Positions 36,064-44,609 of a stretch of 64,000 bases of DNA are shown piece by piece. A model generated the notes under the pieces. It made no database searches, was not told the DNA's origin, and worked only from the letters and a program-made list of their open reading frames with translations. The translations under genes and the position numbers were made by a program. Numbering within the stretch: the stretch's first letter is position 1; the number at the start of each line of letters is the position of its first letter. Origin of the DNA: a virus; IMG/VR virus record IMGVR_UViG_3300017963_000239, positions 1 through 64,000 of that record. The stretch is one strand, 5' to 3'.

Positions 36064-36148
36064 GCACAGGTGGCGGAACTAGGCAGACGCGCGGGCTTCA
36101 GGTGCCCGTACCCTTCGGGGTGTGAGGGTTCGATTCCCTCTCTGTGCA
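36064..36148 (+). tRNA. tRNA-Leu(CAG)
   Basis: Class II cloverleaf, loop TTCAGGT. Confidence 0.9.
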
Positions 36149-36230
36149 CCGCTGGTCGAGGACAGCAGTCCGGGGAAAGCCTGGTGAGAGAAGCAGGCCC
36201 ACGGAAGGCGAAGCCTGCCGACCAGCATTC

Positions 36231-36319
36231 GCGAACGTGGCGGAATTTTGGTAGACGCGCAGGCTTGAGGTGCCTGTGGCCCACTAGTGGCTGTGAGGGT
36301 TCGATTCCCTCCGTTCGCA
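36231..36319 (+). tRNA. tRNA-Leu(GAG)
   Basis: Class II cloverleaf, loop TTGAGGT. Confidence 0.9.
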
Positions 36320-36386
36320 CTGCTTCTTCGGAAGCGTGGTGGAGCCGCCGACCGGGCTTACCCCCGGTCGGCCCTTTTTCACCTCC

Positions 36387-36732
36387 GGGCTCGATCGGTT
36401 TCGACGTGGAGGAAAGGAAAGATTCGCGTGTAGGCAGCGCTCGACCTGCCTTGATCAATCGAGCAATTTGCAGTTGCCAACGACAACAGCACCCCTCTGG
36501 CCGCGAAGGCGGCCTGAGCGCTGGGCGGGTAGGAGTCCGAGTACCCCGCAGGCGCCAATACCACACGGACTGTGCTCGGGGAGGTTGGCACCGCCGATGC
36601 CCGAGCGAGACTTTCGGTGCTGGACAGGCTGGAGAGACGGCCAAGCCCTGCTGTGAGGGTAGATCAGCTACGCACGTGAACGAGGATCTTGACGGAACTC
36701 GGCGGACCAGGGTTCGATTCCCTGCGGGTCCA
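36387..36732 (+). ncRNA. ssrA: tmRNA
   Basis: 5' GGGCTCGATCGGTTTCGAC, 3' GACCAGGGTTCGATTCCCTGCGGGTCCA with G3:U; tag ANDNSTPLAAKAA* at 36476-36517. Confidence 0.9.
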
Positions 36733-36785
36733 CGAAGTCTCCATTGAGCATTGCAGGGAGCGTCCATAAGAGGTACATTGGTCGA

Positions 36786-37397
36786 ATGGCTCTTGTGGAC
36801 GTGACCTGCGCTCAATGCGGGAAGAAGGTGAAGAAGCCGGTGGGAGAGGTGAACAGGTCGGTCAGGCTAGGGCGCAAGTTTTTCTGTGGCTCTGTCTGTT
36901 CCGGGTTGTTCAGCGGACAAGCTCGGGCTGCGGTGGAGGTCAAGAAGACGTGCCCTCATTGTGGGGAGGACTTCGTGACGACGACCAAAGCACGAGCCAA
37001 GAAGTTCTGTTCTAGATCCTGTGCCAGTAAGGGGAGCATGTCCGAAGAGCGCCGGGAGGCGCAGCGTCTGGCGGGCCTCGCGCACGCGCAGAATCTTCTT
37101 TCCCCTGCGGAGACCTTGAAGCAGCGCGAAGCCTGGAAGTACGCAGCGCTGGAGAAGGTGTTGCGGGAGGCGGATCGGGACTTCGAGTTCGAGTATCAGG
37201 TCGGTGGGTTCGTGTTCGACCTGGCTCTTTTGGACGAGAAGGTTCTGGTAGAGTTCGACGGCCCTCACCATCGAGGGGACGAAGCAGAACGAGACAAGCA
37301 CAAGGAGAAGATGGCGAAGAAACGAGGATTCGTCGTGGTCCGTCGAGAAGTAAAGGCGGCCTCGGTGATTTCCCCAGACACGATCAAGGAACTCTAG
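36786..37397 (+). CDS. DUF559/Vsr-like PD-(D/E)xK homing-type endonuclease
   Basis: CxxC..FCS zinc repeats; FEYQVGGFVFDLAL..VEFDGPHH. Confidence 0.8.
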   Translation: MALVDVTCAQCGKKVKKPVGEVNRSVRLGRKFFCGSVCSGLFSGQARAAVEVKKTCPHCGEDFVTTTKARAKKFCSRSCASKGSMSEERREAQRLAGLAHAQNLLSPAETLKQREAWKYAALEKVLREADRDFEFEYQVGGFVFDLALLDEKVLVEFDGPHHRGDEAERDKHKEKMAKKRGFVVVRREVKAASVISPDTIKEL

Positions 37398-37425
37398 TGG
37401 GGTTCGATTCCCCGCAGGTCCACCA
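37398..37425 (+). pseudogene. orphan second 3' end of tmRNA
   Basis: GGGGTTCGATTCCCCGCAGGTCCACCA, near-copy of 36709-36735. Confidence 0.8.
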
Positions 37426-37469
37426 CGGTTCTCTCGACGCGGCACCGAAGCCGCAGAGAGGCAGACATC

Positions 37470-37793
37470 ATGAAGCGAGAGTACAACACAGGACAGCACG
37501 TCATCTTCGTCGATCCTCACGGCATTCGACGGGACGCGCTCGTCACCATCTGGCACTGCACCGACAACCGCGAGGCTTGGTTGGAATCTCAACAGGTCAA
37601 CCGGGAGTCGTGGGCCAAGCAGGATCCCCCGGTCGATGTGCCGGTGACAGAGACCTGCTGCAACTTGGTCTGGGTCAGCGGAGACGAGAAGCGGACGGAC
37701 TCCTACGGTCGTCAGATCGTTCGAGAGTCGTCGGTAGTCCACAAGGGCAGCCAGCCTGCCCACGGGAACTACTGGCTCTGGCCTGACGAGTAG
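37470..37793 (+). CDS. hypothetical protein
   Basis: GAGG RBS, typical codon usage. Confidence 0.55.
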   Translation: MKREYNTGQHVIFVDPHGIRRDALVTIWHCTDNREAWLESQQVNRESWAKQDPPVDVPVTETCCNLVWVSGDEKRTDSYGRQIVRESSVVHKGSQPAHGNYWLWPDE

Positions 37794-37924
37794 TCGAGCT
37801 TGACTGCCAGGCCGGAACCGCGCAGGAACCGGAAGGCTGTTTCGATGTCGCGTCGAGAGGATCGATCAAGCCGAGACGCGTTGATCTGTGGCGTTATTGG
37901 CAGACACGTGATAGCTTAAAGACT

Positions 37925-38011
37925 GCCCGGATGCTGGAATTGGTTTACAGGCCGGTTTCAAAAACCGGTGTCCTCCGGGGCATGAGGGTTCGACTCCCTC
38001 TCCGGGCACCA
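37925..38011 (+). tRNA. tRNA-Leu(CAA)
   Basis: Class II cloverleaf, loop TTCAAAA, CCA. Confidence 0.9.
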
Positions 38012-38012
38012 G

Positions 38013-38561
38013 ATGTTCAACCCCTACGATAAGGAGATCAAGAAGGTCTATGGGCCGTACATGCGTTCTTACCCTCGGGGGGTGTCAAGGCGGCAAGTTG
38101 TGATCTGTTTCGAGGACGGTTCGCGAACAACAATGTCGTACTCCCGATGGTTGATGACACAGCACTTGGGCCGGGCTCTCGGCGGTGGCGAACATGTAGA
38201 TCACGAGAACGAGGACCCGCAGGATGACAGGATCGAGAACTTGCAGTTGCTGTCTCCTGGCGAGAATGCGGCGAAGTCGAATCGGTCACGCCCGTCCCCT
38301 TTGAAGGGTGTGGAGAAGGGTTGGTCACATGGGACGGTCTACGGTTGGATGAAGAAGAAGTGCTCGTGTGGGGAGTGTTCAGCCGCTAAGCGGCGCTGGT
38401 TGGACGCTCGCAACGAGGCGCGTCGTGGAGGGGGCGAGGGGCGCAGTTATCAGAAGGCTGTGCATGGTTCCCGGTCGATGTACCGGAAGGGTTGTAGGTG
38501 CCCCTTGTGTCGTCAGGCTCAGACTGAGTATGCCCGCGAGTACAGGAATCGCAGAAGATGA
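38013..38561 (+). CDS. HNH homing-type endonuclease
   Basis: EHVDHENEDPQDDRIENLQLL; two HG..CxCxxC motifs. Confidence 0.85.
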   Translation: MFNPYDKEIKKVYGPYMRSYPRGVSRRQVVICFEDGSRTTMSYSRWLMTQHLGRALGGGEHVDHENEDPQDDRIENLQLLSPGENAAKSNRSRPSPLKGVEKGWSHGTVYGWMKKKCSCGECSAAKRRWLDARNEARRGGGEGRSYQKAVHGSRSMYRKGCRCPLCRQAQTEYAREYRNRRR

Positions 38562-38872
38562 GCGCAGTCGCAGCATACGCGAGGAGATACCGGGAGGACG
38601 CTTTGCCTTCGCGCCAGCAGATTCCTCCGACGTGCGACCCCCGATGGGAGCGCTGGTGCGCTCCCCTGCTGGAGTTCATCCGGCAGTCTCCGCGGACGTG
38701 GGAGGACTTGCGCGTGTGGGAGAAGGAGAACAGCATTCGGCCGTCGCTTCTTCTGCAGATGCTCTGCTGGCTTGAGTTCAATCACCGCGTGGTTGCGGTG
38801 ACAGAAGGCGGACCCGTTCTGTGGTGCGCCGCAAGGAGAGATCCGAAATGACATGGAAGCAATGAAGGTGAG

Positions 38873-40123
38873 GTGATCAAGATGACTAGGAGAACATTGA
38901 AGCTGACGAGTTGGTACATGCCGATCCAGATCATGTCCTGGCAGGACGCGATCAGCGACGTGTACTTGGGTAGGGTGGTTCCGGTCGTGGACTACGACGC
39001 GGAGGTCCGCTCGCCTTCCACCGTGATGAAGATTCCGGCGGTGGTCCGCATTCCGCGCGCCACGGGAACCATCAAGCGAGGCATCAAGTTCTCCAAGCTC
39101 AACGTGGCAGCTCGGGACCAGTACCGCTGTCAGTACTGTTTGTCTCCAGATCACAGGGTGCTTACGGCGGGGCTGCGGTGGGTTTCTCTGGGTGACCTAG
39201 GTGTTGGAGATCAACTCGTAGGGTTCGATGAAAGCGCGGGGTATGGGATGCTTCGACGCTTCAAGACCTCAGTCGTGGAGGAGATCAGGCTTACGAGGGC
39301 TCCGTTGTTTCGTGTGGTTTTGGACGATGGGACTGTCTTCAGAGCTACGATCGACCACCGCTGGTTGGTGTACAAGTCGCAGGCGCTTCGTTGGAGAACC
39401 ACGAAACAGCTCAAGCCTGGTCGCAGAGTTCCTCGTTTGTTTGACCTGTGGTCAGATCTAACAAGTTGGGATGCTGGGTGGCTGGCCGGCATGTTCGACG
39501 GAGAGGGGTGGTTGGAGACAACGACTAACCTCGGTATTGCAGTAGGGCAGAACCCTGGATACTGCTACGATCGCATAAGCGCGCTAGTCGCCGTTTTCGG
39601 TTTCGACTATTCCTCGACTCAGGTGAATACCGACAGGGACTGTCACCGTCTACGTATCCTTGGGGCGGCTTCGGACAAATCCAGGTTTCTTGGCAGTGTT
39701 CGGCCTCGGAGGTTGTTGGATCAGTTTCGCCCTGAGATGCTGGGAGCCCTCCGCGCTCGGTCGGTTGCCGCTGTGGAATGTGTTGAGTCTGCCGGGTCTG
39801 GGGAGATTGTAGAAATACGGACTTCTACGGGGACGCTGGTGGTGGAGGGTTTCCCCCATCACAACTGCCTGACGAAGCTGCCGGTCTCGAAGATCACCTA
39901 CGACCACGTGTTCCCAAAGTCCCGCGGAGGCGAGACGACGTGGGACAACGTGGTGAGCGCGTGCTCCGAGTGCAACTCGCGTAAGGACAACAAGACGCCG
40001 GAAGAGGCGGGCATGCGGCTGCACACCGTGCCTCGGCGTCCGCACTCGCTGCCGGTCGAGCCGCTGCGGTTGAAGGACATGCCTGGCATTCCTGAGCAGT
40101 GGCTGGAGTTCGCTGTAGCGTAG
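38873..40123 (+). CDS. HNH endonuclease (McrA-like) containing an intein
   Basis: RDQYRCQY|intein|C..TYDHVFPKSRGG..WDNVVSACSECNSRK. Confidence 0.88.
   Translation: MIKMTRRTLKLTSWYMPIQIMSWQDAISDVYLGRVVPVVDYDAEVRSPSTVMKIPAVVRIPRATGTIKRGIKFSKLNVAARDQYRCQYCLSPDHRVLTAGLRWVSLGDLGVGDQLVGFDESAGYGMLRRFKTSVVEEIRLTRAPLFRVVLDDGTVFRATIDHRWLVYKSQALRWRTTKQLKPGRRVPRLFDLWSDLTSWDAGWLAGMFDGEGWLETTTNLGIAVGQNPGYCYDRISALVAVFGFDYSSTQVNTDRDCHRLRILGAASDKSRFLGSVRPRRLLDQFRPEMLGALRARSVAAVECVESAGSGEIVEIRTSTGTLVVEGFPHHNCLTKLPVSKITYDHVFPKSRGGETTWDNVVSACSECNSRKDNKTPEEAGMRLHTVPRRPHSLPVEPLRLKDMPGIPEQWLEFAVA
39137..39865 (+). mobile_element. intein with LAGLIDADG motif (243 aa)
   Basis: C1 CLSPDHRV, TIDHRWL, WLAGMFDGEG, ends HHN before Cys+1. 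Confidence 0.88.
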
Positions 40124-40154
40124 CTCGTGGCCCCGGAGCGAAACGGGGCAACCA

Positions 40155-40184
40155 CGGGATGTGGCCTAGTCTGGTTAAGGCGCC
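40155..40184 (+). pseudogene. 5' fragment of tRNA-Pro
   Basis: CGGGATGTGGCCTAGTCTGGTTAAGGCGCC; CGGGATG pairs perfectly with CATCCCG of downstream tRNA-Pro. Confidence 0.8.
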
Positions 40185-40210
40185 AAGCTTTTGCTAGGCT
40201 AGGCTACATC

Positions 40211-40720
40211 ATGTGGAAGCTGCGGGGTCGGAAGCGGGAGAGTAAAGGGCTGTCAGGGTACGAAACAGTCTGTCTTCCGGAGCACCCGAAGGCGGACGGT
40301 CGTGGTCGTGTGTATCTCCATAGGGTTCTGATGGAGAACCACTTAGGGCGCGTGTTAGGGGAAGATGAAGTTGTCCATCACAAGAATGGTGACCCCCGAG
40401 ACAATAGGATCAAAAATTTGGAGATCCTATCGAGAGTGGACCATGCCGCGTTCCACGGGAAAGCCCGACGCGGTCGGGTCGAAGAGTGCGAGTGCGCGAA
40501 TTGTGGGACTCGGTTTGAGCGCCTTCGGAGGAAGCTTCAGGGGCAGCGAACCTTTTGCAGTAGGCGCTGTGTGATGCTTTTCTACAAGCCCCGGCCGCCT
40601 CGTACACCGAGGGTCGTAGAGCACGGCACGAACTCCATGTACAAGAACCACGGCTGTCGCTGTTTTGACTGCCGCCGTGCTCATGCCGAGGCCATGAAGT
40701 CGTACAGAAACGGGGTGTAG
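40211..40720 (+). CDS. HNH homing-type endonuclease
   Basis: LHRVLME..EVVHHKNGDPRDNRIKNL, HGT..CRCFDC. Confidence 0.88.
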   Translation: MWKLRGRKRESKGLSGYETVCLPEHPKADGRGRVYLHRVLMENHLGRVLGEDEVVHHKNGDPRDNRIKNLEILSRVDHAAFHGKARRGRVEECECANCGTRFERLRRKLQGQRTFCSRRCVMLFYKPRPPRTPRVVEHGTNSMYKNHGCRCFDCRRAHAEAMKSYRNGV

Positions 40721-40787
40721 TTCAGCTTGGAAGAACGCCGCGCTGGGGGCGCGGAGGCCGGAGGTTCAAATCCTCTCATCCCGACCA
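40711..40787 (+). tRNA. tRNA-Pro(GGG)
   Basis: Cloverleaf, loop CTGGGGG, CCA. Confidence 0.9.
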
Positions 40788-41179
40788 TGAATTACGATCA
40801 CGTCATCTTCGCATCCTACGGCAACGACTCGGTGGCGCTGATTCAGTGGGCGCACATCCACAAGCTGGAGAACGTCGCGGTTGCCTACTCCGACACGGGG
40901 TGGGCCTCCGAGGTCTGGAAGGATCGGGTGGCCGAGTGTGAGGAGTGGGTCAAGACGTTGGGCTTCACGCCCTTCCGCATCCCTTCGATGGGTATGGTGG
41001 AACTCATCAAGTCCCGGAAGGGTTGGCCGCTTCCGCGCAAGTACCAGTTCTGCACGACGGTGCTGAAGATCGAACCGGCGCAGAAGTGGCTGGACGAGAT
41101 CGACGTGGGAGTGGTGGCTGATGGATCAGCGCCTCCCCAAACGCTAGGGATCTTCCGTCTTTCTTGGCGTTTCTGCTAG
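40787..41179 (+). pseudogene. PAPS-reductase-like PP-loop protein, apparently truncated
   Basis: SYGNDS, SDTGW, FCTTVLKIEP; ends early. Confidence 0.55.
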
Positions 41180-41201
41180 ACTCCTCGCTCGGAGGACGAC
41201 A

Positions 41202-43475
41202 GTGGCCAAGAAGAGGACGACTAAGAGGACCAAGGCCCCCGAGCCCGATCCGCTATACGACCATCCGACCGGGATGTCGGCCCCCGCGCCGAAAACTCCC
41301 CCGGCCCCGGCGGCGCCCCCGAGCGACGACGGCTCAGGCATCGACTTGCCCGAGCTGGACATGGAACCGTTCGTGAGCGACGACGGCACCGATGTCGAAG
41401 TGCTGGAGGACTCGTTCGACTCTGCCATCCGGCTGGCGTTCGTCGGCGCTGGGCAGGGCGGAGGAAGGATCGCCGAAGCGTTCGCCAAGCTCGGCTACGC
41501 TCGGGTCTGCGCGGTCAACACAACCGACCAGGATTTGGTGGAGCTGAAGTCCATCAAGCACAAGCTCGTCATCGGCAACAACCGCGGCGGTGCAGGGAAG
41601 GACCCCACCGAGGGCCGTCTCGCCGCGGAGGAGTCCGCCGAGGACATCATGGACATGATGATGCGGGCTTGGGGCCAAGGCGTCGAGCAGGTCTTCATCT
41701 GCGTGGGCACTGGTGGTGGTTCGGGGACGGGAAGCTGGCCGAAGATCGTGGACCTCGTGGGCGAGTACTGCCGCTCGACCGACATCGAGAAGCCCTTTGG
41801 GAAGCACATCGGGGTCATCATGACGATGCCGAAGCGCTCCGAGGGGGCTCGGGTTCAGAAGAACGCCTTCAGCTCGATCATGCAGGCGGTGAAGATGGCG
41901 GAGGAGAAGAAGATCTCTTCCTTGGTGTTGGTCGACAACGCGAAGATCCACGAGCTGTTCCCGCGGCTGCCGGTCAAGCGCTTCTGGAGCGTCGCCAACC
42001 AGAACTTCGCTGCGGTGCTGCACACCTTCAACCTGCTCGCCGCGAAGAACAGCGAGTACAACTGTGTCGACGCAGAGACGGAGGCTCTCACGCAGCGTGG
42101 TTGGGTGAAGGGGTTCGACCTGGATCCGAAGGACGTTCTGCTCACCAAGAACGCCGAGACTGGTGAACTGGAGTGGCAGCAGATGACCGATCTCAAACTC
42201 TTCCCCGAGTATGAGGGGAAGCTCTACGAGATCGAGACTCGCACGCTCTCGGCGGTGACCACCCCGAACCATCGTTGGTTGGTCACGAACTACAAAGGTG
42301 AGGACGTGTGCAAGGTGTCGGAGGATCTCTCTACCTCCGGCCACGATCGTATCCATCGCGGCGGTACGTACCGTGGGCCGACGACCTCTCCGTGGACCGA
42401 CGACTTCGTGGAGTTGATGGGATGGTTCCTCACCGATGGAACCTGCCTCGTCACTCCACGCGTTCGCGAACCTTCCCAACCGCGTGTCAGCGTCGCGCTC
42501 TACCAGAGCCAACGAGCCAACCCGCAGAAGGTGGCCCGCATCGACGCGTTGCTCGAACGTCTGAAGTGTGTCGCGCATCGCGGTTTCTACGAGCCGGACG
42601 AGCGAGTCACGTGGCGTCTCAACCGTTCTACCTCGGAGATCTTGCACTCGCTCTTTCCCGATCGCGTGCTCACGCCCGAGATGGCTTCGAGCCTGACTCC
42701 GGCACAGGTTCACCGGCTCATGGAGTCGATGATGCTCGGCGATGGCAACATGGCGGGAACCGACAACCGACAGCAGTGTTTCACTGCTGGTTCGCAGGAA
42801 GCGATCGACGCCTTCCAGATGCTCTCGATGCTCACCGGAAAGGCGTCAACATCGCGGTGGCGAGACATGAGTGCGTACGCCCCGACTTCGGAGAAGCTCA
42901 CGAACACGCCCAACATGAACGGCGTCTTCACGGGAACAGTGTTGCGCCGTCAAACCACGCAGCTTCAGAAGGAGCACGTTACGGTGCGTGATGCGGAGAA
43001 GGGCGAAGGCGTCTGGTGTCCGGTGGTCCCGAACACCTACTTCGTAGCTCGTCGCAAGGGTACGGTCTACATCACCGGCAACACGTTCGACCGCGCCGAT
43101 CTCCGAAGCGTCATCCGCAACGGGTTGATGATCTTCGGCATGACGCGGGTGCACCGTTGGAGGGCCACCGAGGACGTGAGTCAGGCGGTACGCAAGAACC
43201 TGACGGGCACTCTTCTCGCCGAGGGGTTCGATCTCTCCCAGGCGAACATGGCGGGCGCCATTGTGGTGGCGCACGACAGCGTTCTCGATGAGATCCCGAT
43301 GGAGAACATCGACTACGCCTTCGCCAGCTTGGGTCGCGCGCTTGGCAACGAGGGGATCACCCTGCACAATGGGATCTACGAAGGACGCCAGGAAGGTATG
43401 CGGGTGTTCACGATCATCAGCGGTCTCGGGCCGCCGTCAGAGCGCTTGGAAGAATTGGAGGCATTGGCAGACTGA
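41202..43475 (+). CDS. tubulin/FtsZ-family GTPase with intein
   Basis: GAGQGGGRIA, GAGKDP, GTGGGSGTG, VDNAK, FDRADL. Confidence 0.88.
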   Translation: MAKKRTTKRTKAPEPDPLYDHPTGMSAPAPKTPPAPAAPPSDDGSGIDLPELDMEPFVSDDGTDVEVLEDSFDSAIRLAFVGAGQGGGRIAEAFAKLGYARVCAVNTTDQDLVELKSIKHKLVIGNNRGGAGKDPTEGRLAAEESAEDIMDMMMRAWGQGVEQVFICVGTGGGSGTGSWPKIVDLVGEYCRSTDIEKPFGKHIGVIMTMPKRSEGARVQKNAFSSIMQAVKMAEEKKISSLVLVDNAKIHELFPRLPVKRFWSVANQNFAAVLHTFNLLAAKNSEYNCVDAETEALTQRGWVKGFDLDPKDVLLTKNAETGELEWQQMTDLKLFPEYEGKLYEIETRTLSAVTTPNHRWLVTNYKGEDVCKVSEDLSTSGHDRIHRGGTYRGPTTSPWTDDFVELMGWFLTDGTCLVTPRVREPSQPRVSVALYQSQRANPQKVARIDALLERLKCVAHRGFYEPDERVTWRLNRSTSEILHSLFPDRVLTPEMASSLTPAQVHRLMESMMLGDGNMAGTDNRQQCFTAGSQEAIDAFQMLSMLTGKASTSRWRDMSAYAPTSEKLTNTPNMNGVFTGTVLRRQTTQLQKEHVTVRDAEKGEGVWCPVVPNTYFVARRKGTVYITGNTFDRADLRSVIRNGLMIFGMTRVHRWRATEDVSQAVRKNLTGTLLAEGFDLSQANMAGAIVVAHDSVLDEIPMENIDYAFASLGRALGNEGITLHNGIYEGRQEGMRVFTIISGLGPPSERLEELEALAD
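42063..43082 (+). mobile_element. intein with LAGLIDADG-type domain (340 aa)
   Basis: C1 CVDAETEALT..GW, TPNHRWL, MGWFLTDG, MMLGDG, ends TGN before Thr+1. Confidence 0.88.
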
Positions 43476-43969
43476 TGGACTCTGCTTTTCTCCGGCGCGT
43501 TAGGAAGACCCCTGACGGTTGTTGGGTGTGGACGGGCGCCACGATTCGGGGCACTCGCGGAGGAAGGTACGCTTACCTGACGCGAGACGGCGAGAACTGG
43601 CTGGGGCATCGTTGGGCCTATACGCAAGCACGCGGAGAGATCCCCGATGGTCTCGTTTTAGATCATATCTGCAGAAACACCCTCTGTGTTAACCCAGACC
43701 ATCTGGAAGCCGTGACGAATCAAGTAAACAGTCGGCGCGGGCGCATAGGAGACAAGCAGCGGTCGAAGTTCGAATCTCGAACCCACTGCCGCCACGGCCA
43801 CCCGATGACTTCGGAAAACACGAGGTTGCAGCGTACTAGGCCGAAGGGTCGTACCAACCCTGACGGATCCCCCTACGAATTTTGGGCTCGTCGCTGTCGG
43901 TTGTGCGAGAAGATTCAGAACAAGCGGTATCGAGAGAAACGATCCAGCGCTGGAGATCATCATGGGTAA
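43475..43969 (+). CDS. HNH homing-type endonuclease
   Basis: CWVWTG, HRWAY, LDHICRNTLCVNPDHLE, HCRHGH. Confidence 0.88.
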   Translation: MDSAFLRRVRKTPDGCWVWTGATIRGTRGGRYAYLTRDGENWLGHRWAYTQARGEIPDGLVLDHICRNTLCVNPDHLEAVTNQVNSRRGRIGDKQRSKFESRTHCRHGHPMTSENTRLQRTRPKGRTNPDGSPYEFWARRCRLCEKIQNKRYREKRSSAGDHHG

Positions 43970-44258
43970 GCTAGGACACTTGGTAGAGTCGCTGCGGGCT
44001 CGCGCGAGACGGCCGGTCAACGAGGACGTCATCGGCAGCCTGTTCATCATCGCCAAGGATGTAGGCGGCAAGGGGAAGAACACCACACGCGGAGACTTCA
44101 TCGGCAACTTCCGCGATGACAAGCAGGCCGAGAAGTTCCTGCGAACCGTGCGCATGGAGTACCCCGGCATCGAGAAGTACATCAAGCGCTCCCCAACGTC
44201 GGACGGCCGCATCGAGATGGTCTTCGATCCCAAGGGTATTCGAAAGTACGACCGGTGA
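43962..44258 (+). CDS. hypothetical protein
   Basis: GGAG RBS; N-terminus MGKLGHLV shared with 17789 ORF. Confidence 0.6.
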   Translation: MGKLGHLVESLRARARRPVNEDVIGSLFIIAKDVGGKGKNTTRGDFIGNFRDDKQAEKFLRTVRMEYPGIEKYIKRSPTSDGRIEMVFDPKGIRKYDR

Positions 44259-44554
44259 CGGAGGCCCATCAGCACGACTGGGGGCCATACGAGGAAGTAC
44301 CGTTCGGGGAGAATCCGGGCCGCTACAAGCGCTGCCAGGACCCCGACTGCCGCGTAGTCGGCTACGTTCGGTACTCCGCTCTCAGCTTCAGCGGAGGTGA
44401 TGGATCTCGCCTCCGGGTCCAGCCGTACAAGTGCGGCGTGAAAGGCTGCCGAGGTGAGGCAGTGGATCGTAAGAAGGGGCGCTGCGGCCCCCGCAACAAC
44501 TTCTTCTGGCTCTGCGCCGAACACCTTCATCTGAGGGACGAGCAGAAGAAGTAG
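44255..44554 (+). CDS. small Cys/His-rich protein
   Basis: GTGA overlap; CxxxxC, CxxxxC, CxxH. Confidence 0.5.
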   Translation: MTEAHQHDWGPYEEVPFGENPGRYKRCQDPDCRVVGYVRYSALSFSGGDGSRLRVQPYKCGVKGCRGEAVDRKKGRCGPRNNFFWLCAEHLHLRDEQKK

Positions 44555-44570
44555 AACGCACACAGCTTCG

Positions 44571-44606
44571 GGGAGGATGGCCGAGCGGACGAAGGCGCCT
44601 GCCTTG
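44571..44606 (+). pseudogene. 5' half of tRNA-Ser
   Basis: GGGAGGATGGCCGAGCGGACGAAGGCGCCTGCCTTG, ends in anticodon TG(A). Confidence 0.78.
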
Positions 44607-44609
44607 TTT

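Noticed and set aside
36709-37425. Integrase-type attL/attR prophage boundary at ssrA
   Set aside because: Only a 0.6-kb nuclease gene between the duplicated ends and no integrase
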